64,000 nucleotides of DNA, taken from positions 62,001-126,000 of the forward strand of contig VRVR01000057.1 of the NCBI GenBank assembly GCA_009859145.1, in the 5' to 3' direction. This stretch comes from Andalucia godoyi And28 (Eukaryota; Protista; Jakobida). Positions within the stretch are counted from its first letter, which is position 1. Every line of letters starts with the position of its first letter. Positions 52,633-61,200 of the stretch are shown here, piece by piece. The notes under the pieces are model-generated. The model ran no database searches, was not told where the DNA came from, and saw only the letters and a list, made by a program, of their open reading frames with translations. The translations under genes and the position numbers were made by a program.

Positions 52633-53132
52633 GAAGTATACATAAACGGACACGGTCAATACTGGCCGACACCAGCACGTTTGTTTCACAGGAATTCGTG
52701 ATACACGGCCTCCTAGGTCCCGCAAAGACCACGTGTCACTACGCCTACCGCCTCTTCCTCTCGTATCTCCTCTCCAGGTGCATCAATCGCTGCAACTGAG
52801 GACACGAAAGCGCCTGCTGCCAGGGCCGTCAGCATCAAAATGCACCCTTCTCAGGAACAACGTGCCACGCTGAGAAAGTGGCTCGGTGCGGAGTACACGT
52901 CCAAAACGTGCGGGCGCTGCGGTGAGATCCATGCACGCCTAGGCGGAAGCAAAGTGTTTGCATGTCCCGCGTGTAGCTCACAGATTGATCGAGATTGGGA
53001 ACGGAGCGCGGAACATTTATCTGAAGAACGCCGTGAGGCGTGTTGGGGCCTGTTCCCTTCCAGGCAACAGAATGCAAGATTGAATATGCATGTCCATTCG
53101 TAGATATGCATGTTCAGTGAATAATGTAGGCG
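52633..53132 (+). mobile_element. Internally deleted Fanzor2/TnpB element, copy E3 (most complete)
   Basis: RAVSIKMHPSQEQRATLRKWLGA (TnpB N-terminal HTH motif) is joined directly to EYTSKTCGRCGEIHARLGGSKVFACPACSSQIDRDW. Removing one G from GATTGGGAAC restores NGARNIYLKN. The 3' module is GGCCTG...AATGTAGGCG. Confidence 0.88.
53047..53132 (+). ncRNA. Putative Fanzor omega-RNA scaffold (E3)
   Basis: 14-bp hairpin TGAATATGCATGTC/GATATGCATGTTCA (53081-53116) whose only two non-Watson-Crick pairs are G.U. GCCTGT can pair with the terminal GTAGGC. Confidence 0.6.
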
Positions 53133-53826
53133 AAGAACAAAAAAAAAACACGAAAGTAGTGGCACGGCGTCTCAACCTCGGGGACCGGGGGGAGGGCGCA
53201 CAAGCCCCTCGCAACGCATCGCTGCGTACTCAGCCCATCTTCATTCTCACTTATTTCTGGTGCTGGCAGAACTGGGATGATGGCGACCCTTGAGCTGTTT
53301 CCCTCTGCGCAGCAGTACAGATCCGTTTCGGTACGGAACTCGTAAATGCGACGGTTGCGTTGGTCCCGCCGGTTTTTTCCCGCTCTGCGTTCGCCCTGAG
53401 TTGCGAGGTACCATTGGTTCAGCGTCTCGCTGCGCACGCTTGCTCCGTCGAACGTCAGTGGGATGTTGGGTCTCCCCTTCAGGATGGAGTCTTCCTGGTG
53501 GGGGACACTCGGTCGTGCAAGTAGCGCTGCGACCGTGATTAATCCTGGCGATTGGGCCTCTCACTGGGAATTCTCGGTGTCCAGCAACAATGCATCTTGG
53601 GTCGTGTACTTCAAGATAGTCTCCAGAGATGCTGATGGATCCGAAAAACGGACTCGATGGATCCGTTCGCGGGCGCTGTGCTGGACGAAGTATGGTCTTG
53701 TATTCGCGCACATGGACGCGAAGGGAAATGCAAATGGAACACGATCCGGTTTAAAATATCACTCTTCTTTATGTCTGTTAACGACGACAAAAAGGACTCT
53801 CGTTTTTTGTTTTGTTTTTTGAATAT

Positions 53827-54465
53827 TTAGACTGCGCTGTAGGTCTCCTGCTTGGCCTGGAATCCGAGAAGACCAGCGATGCCAACAAGGAAGAACGACG
53901 AGACGAACGCAAGAACCCAGGACGGGCCGTATCCGATGTAGATCTCGACAGGTCCGATCTCAGCTCCCTTGTTTGCGTCGTCACGCAGTCTGTCCTCGAC
54001 GTCGCTCTCCTTAGGCTTCAGCTCGCCCTGAAGCAAGCAGCCCAGCAGGCAAAGAAACGCTGCAAAGCCAACGAGAGCTGCACCGAGCTTGAGGAACGAT
54101 ACCTTGCGTTCCGGGTTCTTCGATCCAAGAGCAATTGTTGCAGCAAGCCCAATAATAGTAATCACAATTCCCAATGAAATGCACGCAGCCGCAGCATTCC
54201 CAGCCTTCTGAGCCATCTTGCACGTATCTCTATCCTGGCACTTTGAGTCGGTGTATGAAAACGTGTCATCGTCGTTCACATAGCAGTTGACAAGATGAAC
54301 TTCCGTCTTCTGGATGCCGTACACGATCTTCGCCTCGCAGTTGTTGAATTGCTTGAACTTGATCATTTCGAGACCCCATGGCATCGTGCCGAGCGCAGCA
54401 ATCAGCATGATGATCGTCGAGATCGTCAGCACTGAAATAACAGCCAAAGGTCGGTCTATCTTCAT
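53827..54465 (-). CDS. Claudin/PMP22-like four-TM protein
   Basis: TM1 followed by PW...YG...C...C in the first loop, then three more TM segments. ATG at 54465. Confidence 0.7.
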   Translation of the reverse strand: MKIDRPLAVISVLTISTIIMLIAALGTMPWGLEMIKFKQFNNCEAKIVYGIQKTEVHLVNCYVNDDDTFSYTDSKCQDRDTCKMAQKAGNAAAACISLGIVITIIGLAATIALGSKNPERKVSFLKLGAALVGFAAFLCLLGCLLQGELKPKESDVEDRLRDDANKGAEIGPVEIYIGYGPSWVLAFVSSFFLVGIAGLLGFQAKQETYSAV

Positions 54466-55075
54466 CTTTCGGCAACCGCACGAGCCAATGTTTTCAAGAA
54501 TGAAAAGGAAAAAAGAAAAGAAAAGAAAAGAAAAGAAAAAAGAAGATGAAACCCCCCTCAACAAAAACGAACGGCGACGAAATAAAAGACGCAAAGGAGA
54601 AGAGAAAATCGGCAGGCGGAGGAACCGAGAATCAAAAGGGTAAGTGGAAATTCGGCGGCGGTCATCGCTGGTGCATGGCAAGTGCAAAATGGAGTGAGAG
54701 AGAGTCAAGCATCAAGCATGAAGCATCACGTGGCGTGGTTGAAGGGGGAGAGAGCAAAAAAAAACTACTGTAAAAAAAAAGAAAAAAGTAATGTCCCGCC
54801 CGCTGTATGAGCACTCTTTTCCGCCGATGTTGATTGGCAGGCTTTTTGTTTTTTCCTCCGCCACTCTTCGAAAGAAGCCGTTTCCCAATCGTTTTCCTCC
54901 TCCTACCGAACACTCAATCTATCAGGCATTTTATCAAATTATAATATTCGTATTACTTTTCTTTTTCTTTTTTTCTCTCTCTCTCCTTTCTATTTTTACT
55001 TCTTCTTTTCATTTTCTGTTGGTGTTCTCGTTGGTTACTGCCTTTTTTCTTTCTATTCCTTCTTTTCTTACTCTG

Positions 55076-55076
<1 letters not shown>

Positions 55077-55111
<35 letters not shown>

Positions 55112-55122
55112 GCGCGCGCACA
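55077..55122 (+). repeat. (CA)n(CG)n alternating purine-pyrimidine tract
   Basis: Directly visible in the divergent intergenic region about 135 bp upstream of the megasynthase ATG. Confidence 0.9.
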
Positions 55123-55256
55123 AACTACCGCAGCTGCTTGACCTCTTTTTTCCCCCCTTTTCTCTTTTACTTTCCTTTTCTTTTCAAGTACACGCTTTAT
55201 TCTAGTAGGGTTTTCCCCACCCCATTTCGAATTTCGGGTCCTTTGAAAATCTCGAA

Positions 55257-58200
55257 ATGTCGAATCCTTTTGAACACATGTTCTTTCCGTTGAGCGAGCC
55301 GAGCACGGCCTCGAGCTCGAACACGCTAGCGTCGGTTCTTCATGCACGGGCAAGTGACGATCTGTTTCGCGATAAGCTTTTGTACACGTTTCTGGACAGC
55401 ACTGGACGCGAAGAAGCGAATCTCTCATTTTCGACATTACTTGCGTATGCGTCTTTGCTGGCGGAGGAGCTTGCACGAACGTACTCGGTGAAAGAGACGG
55501 ACCGCGTCCTCATCTTGACTCCGACACACGCTGCATTTCCAGTGTCTTTCTTGGCTTGCTTGTTGGGCAAGTTTGTCGCAGTTCCTGTTGCAGTCCCTTT
55601 CGATGAGCGTGGCATTGAGCGCCTGCTGGCCATTCAAAAGGACTCGGACTCGAAGGTGGTTCTTGTAACCTCCATGATGCGACCGTTTGAAGACATGTTT
55701 GAGAACCTCACCATGGTGTATGTCGATCAGTGGATGTCGAAAATAGAGAGTGCAAAAGGAAAGGCAGTCGCCCCGGAGGAAAATGTGTTGCGTTCGCAGA
55801 TTGCGCATCAGAAGATGGAGGATCTGGCGTTTTTGCAGTACTCCTCCGGCTCCACAGGAATGCCAAAGGGCGTTATGGTCGACAATTCCAATCTGACTGC
55901 AAATCACGAGATGATCAGACGTCGCTTGAACGCTACAGCGAGCGACACAATTGTTTCTTGGTGTCCTGCATATCATGATATGGGTCTCATTGGAAATGTG
56001 CTGTTTGCTGCGTACGTTGGTGCGAGACTGATTTTGCTTTCTCCCGTGGATTTCATCAGGAGACCACAGCTTTGGCCCCTGACGATCTCAAAATATAAGG
56101 GAACTATTTCTGGCGGTCCTAATTTTGGCTATGAATTGCTTGTCAGAAAGGTATCCGATGCGGACTGGGCCAAGCTGGATTTCTCTTCTTGGAGGGCTGC
56201 ATTTTCTGGAGCCGAAATGGTGAGAGCATCCACAATCCGTTCGTTCGCTGAGCGATTCGGACCCAGGGGTTTCCGCAATTCTGTGTGGTGGCCGTGCTAC
56301 GGACTCGCGGAAGCGACACTCATGGTAACGGCACCAAAGCAGTTGGTGGATCCCAGGATTCTCAAGTTTTCCGATCATCCTGACCTTGGAAAAAAGAACC
56401 CATGGATTGTGGCTGCTGACAAGGAATTTGTTTCCGTCGGAGAGATGGCAGACGGCCTTGACATTCGAATTGTGAATCCGGAGTCGTGTGTTGCCAAGGG
56501 CCCGCAAGAAGAAGGCGAAATATGGGTTTCTGGCCCGAACGTTTGCCGTGGGTATTGGAAAAAGGAGGAGCTCAATGGCGGCTTGTTCTTTGCGCAGATC
56601 GCAGGGGAAGCCTCTGGAAAGAGATACCTTCGTACCGGTGACATGGGCTTTTTCTTTGAAGACCAACTGTACATCACTGGCCGCATCAAGGACATTCTCA
56701 AGATTAATGGTGTTAACATTTTCCCAACAGATATCGAACAGGCTGCTGAGCTATCCTTCTCAGACATTCGTCCCGGTTGTTCCGCTTGCTTCGGCTATGC
56801 GCCTCCAGGACAAGGAGAACAAGCCGTCATTTTTGTGGAGCAGGCCAAGGGCGTTGCAGGGCAGTATGACGATGTCTGGTTTTCTCGTTTCCAGGCACTC
56901 ATTTCTTCCAAGTTTCGTCTGCAAATGTATGCTGTAGTGGTTCTGACGGAAAGAGTGGTTCCGAAGACGTCATCGGGGAAAATTCAACGTTATGCTTGCC
57001 GGAGAATGTTTGAGGATAATATATCGCAAAACCCTGCGGTTGTTGCCATGAAGGTTTTCGCGTCAGATTCGACGAGCCGAACCGCCGTTGACAATGAAGC
57101 TTCTTCGGAGCAACCTGCGGAGAGCACGTCGTTGATCACAAATGACGATTCAGATCTTCAATCCTTCGGCCAGCGCCTGCGATCTTCGTCGTCCATTGCA
57201 GCGTTCAAAAGCGTTTTGCGCGACTGGATTGCAGCAGAATTCGCAGTCAAGCCGAATGATATCCGTGATCGGGATAATTTTGCAACTTACGGCTTGAATT
57301 CGGCAACCGCTGTGTCCACGGCAGAGCGCTTAGGTCAGAGTCTGCAGGTGAAGCTGGGTCCGGACACGCTGTTCCAGCACTCGACGATGGACGCATTAAC
57401 GTCCCATCTTGCCGCCAAATTGAGTTTGTTCGGAAAAGGTGTTCCCACAACGAGTACAGACGATGCCTCAGTGACCAAGACCGTTCTGGAGCAATCTGCA
57501 GCGCCGTCGTCTGTCGTTCAAAAGGAAATCGCAGTGGTGGGAATCAGTTTGCGACTCCCATGCGTGTCTTCTGTCTCAGACCTTTGGAAAGCCTTAATGG
57601 AAGGAAAGGAATGCCGCAATGCGGTGAAGAGGTCTCGGTTTATTGATTCAGATCCGTCGGAGGGCGACGAGTCTGTGGAAGGTTACTTCTTGGATAATAT
57701 TTCAGAATTTGACCACAAGTTCTGGAAGATATCTCACGCGGAAGCCGCAATGATGGATCCCCAGCACCGTATTCTTCTCGAACTGGCAGTGGAATGTTTG
57801 CATGACAGTGGGGCTGCAATATCGGACGTCAAGGGGCTGGACATCGGAGTGTATGTCGGGCTGTCTGGACACGAGTACTCGATCTTGACTTCTGGCTTGA
57901 AGGCACAGTCCTCAGCGCAAGCGTCCTATGTTGCAACTGGCGGATCTGGTGCCATGGCAGCCAATCGCATTTCATATTTGCTGGATCTGCACGGACCATC
58001 CATGTCTGTTGATACTGCTTGTTCATCGTCTCTGGTGGCACTGGATTTGGCTTTCCAAGACTTGCGCCAGGGGAAGACGACGTCGGCATTGGTTGCTGCC
58101 TCGAACCTCATTCTTACTCAAGGATTGTGCACCTCGTTGGAAAAGGCAGGATTTCTTGCTCCCGATGGTCGTTGCAAGACCTTTGATGCGTCCGCAGATG

Positions 58201-61200
58201 GGTATGGTCGTGCAGAGGGCGCATGCATGGTGTTGTTGAAGCCTCTTGAAGATGCCATCCGTGAGGGAAATAGAATTTATTCTGTCGTCCTGGGAACACA
58301 CTCCAATTCCAATGGTCGATCAATGAGCCAAACAGCTCCGTCGTTTGACGCACAGGTTCGCTTGATGAAGTCTGCCTACGAATCCTACGGCTTGAATCCC
58401 GCGGACGTATTTTACGTTGAAGCTCACGGCACGGGAACCAGTGCTGGCGATCCCATTGAAAGCAAAGCACTGGGCGACGTCATTGGACAAGGGAAAAATC
58501 GTCTGAGTCCGTGCATGGTTGGCTCCATCAAGTCAAACATTGGACACACGGAAGCTGCTGCAGGTCTTGCTGGTTTCATCAAGGCTTCGTTGATCGCATT
58601 CCATGGAGTAATTCCGCCCACGCTCCACGTGAAGCAGCTGAATCCTTCGATTGATTTCGGAGGGATGAATTTGAAGGTAGCTCTGCAGGTCATGCAATGC
58701 CCTGAAAATGGGCTGATCGGAATCAATTCTCTTGGTTTCGGGGGAACGAACGCGCATGCCATTTTGCGCAGAGTCAAACCATCTGAGAGGGAGAACATAG
58801 AGAAGATTCTGTCAGAATCCTTGAAGTCTCTGTCGGTGAAAGATGCTTCTGAACCGCAAGTCATGAAGTGGCGCAAAAAGTATGCGCAGGAACCGGTCCC
58901 ATTGCCGATTTCCGGAATGACATCCGAAGGACTTGCTAAGTATGCAAAGAAACTGGAAGATTGGGCGACCGAGTCAGGTGTTGACTTGTTGGACGTTGCC
59001 GCTGCCTTGGCTGTCGCAGAACATTACGAGAAGCGATTTGCCCCGTTAGTCGGGTCCGTTCAAGAAATTGCAAAGGCTCGCGACGGTGTTTCTCGCAGCA
59101 CCAACAACAATCAAGCCTCCCAGCTGGCTTTCGTCTTCTCAGGACAGGGTTCCGAGTGGATCGGGATGGGAAAAGCGCTCTATTTGCGGTCTCCCGTCTT
59201 CCAAAAAGCCGTGGACAATGTGGACAGCTTGCTGTCTGCAGAATTTGACATTTCCATTGCCGAAGAGCTTCTGCGTGAGCGTCCTGATGATGAGAATGAG
59301 AAATGGAATACCGACTATGCTCAGCCCCTGTTGTTTTCTGTTCAGTGGGCTCTGACGGTCCTGCTGAAAAGTCTAGAAATCACACCAACAGTCTGCGTCG
59401 GCCACTCTGCGGGAGAAATAGCGGCGGCGGCAGCTGCCGGCATTCTGGACTGGAAGCTGGCGGCCCGTCTTGCGGCTCTTCGTGGACGGTACATGAACGA
59501 ATGCACTGGCAACGGAGGCATGCTTGCTGTGGAGCTGTCGGAGGAAGATGTCTCTGACAGCGTTGGTGGAGACATGATGGCGCGTTCCGTTGTTCTTGCC
59601 ACTGTCAATTCCTCCAGTTCTTGCGTGTTGTCCGGTCCGATCAAGGAACTCCAGGACATTGAACAGGATCTTCGTTCCAAGAAAGTGCGTGTGAAATTCA
59701 TTACGAAATCCTATGCGTTTCATCATCCGTCGCTGTCTTCTGCGGCTTCAAAGCTAAAGGAGCGCCTTGAGAAGGACTGCATTCTTGTTTCTGGAGTCGC
59801 GACTGCAGGATTTGTCTCAACATCGGAATTGTTCTCTGTTCAGGCTGGCGAGCGGTGTGTGCGCCTTGCTGAGCCGGCCTATTGGGCATGCCAGATCACG
59901 AATCCTGTCCGATTCCGCGACGCTGCTGTGAATTCTTTTAGTCAATTTGGCATGGATGCGTTTGTGGAGATTTCTCCGCATCCAGTGCTGCTCCCTCGTC
60001 TTGCGGAGATTGTGGAGGTGCTCTCCAATCTTCTATCTGGTACTCGTTCGATACTGGTCCTCGAAAGTCTCAAACGAGGTGGTAACGATCGAAGCAGTTT
60101 TCTGCGCGTCGTTGGGGATCTTTGGGCCGCCGGATATCCCGTGGCATGGCATCGGTTGTTTGGAGTTCCCGCGTCAAAGGTCGATAAGGTTCGCCTACCT
60201 GCGTATTCGTGGGATCGCGTCCCTTGTTGGGTAGACGGAAAGATTCAAAACGCCGTCTCAGTCGCCGGAAACGGAGGCACACATGCGTTGGGAGCGTCCT
60301 CAGTCCCTGGCGCTGACGATGTGGATCTGTCCAACACGGATGTGTCCTATTTGGCACCGATCATTGCGAGTTTGTTTGCGGAATTCATGGATATCAAGAC
60401 GGATGAAATCAAGTTCGAACGTCCGCTGCAGGATTATGGCATGGATTCCCTTGCGAAGGCTCGTTTCAGGAATGTGGTTTTTGATGTGTTTGGAGTTCGT
60501 TTCCCAATGCACATTCCCCAGGAATTGATCACCATCGACTTCTTGGCAAACAACGTATCGGAGCAATTGGGGGAGGTTGCAAAACGCGACTCTGTGCAGG
60601 TTGCACACTCCACCTCTCATGACTCCGGTTCTGCCACGTCAGCGCCAGCACAGAGTGCGGTGACTGGTCCAGTTCAAGCCAACCGCGGTCGAATTCGAAT
60701 CGAAGCCGATCTGTCAGAGGATATCAAGGAATTCCAGGAGCGAATGAAGGTAATTGACAAGTACAAGATCGAGAATCCGTTTTACCGAGTTCAAGATTCG
60801 GTTTCGGAGAACATTGCGATCATTAATGGCCGTCGTCTCGTCAATTTTTCGTGCTACAACTACTTGGGTCTCAGCGGATCAGCGACGCTGAACGAAGCCG
60901 CAAAACAGTCCATTGATAAGTTTGGAACGTCCGTTTCGGGCTCTCGCATCCTGTCTGGAGAAAAGACGGTGCATCGTGAACTGGAGGCGGAGCTGGCGAG
61001 CTTCCTCGGATGCGAGGATGCTCTAGTTATGCTTGGTGGCCATTCGTGCAATGAATCGACAATTGGACATATTGTTGACGCGGATTACGACCTGATTATT
61101 GCTGACGAGGCCGTCCACAATTCCATCGCAAAGGGAATGCAGTTATCAAAGTGCACGTATGTGATGTTTGCGCATAACGACATGGAAGATCTGGAGGCGA

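Noticed and set aside
52700-52799. Frame reading KTTCHYAYRLFLSYLL, resembling the Fanzor2 SHYxFRxxL helix
   Set aside because: Alignment with E2 shows the conserved frame is RPRVT...IKMHPSQEQ, so the resemblance is probably coincidental
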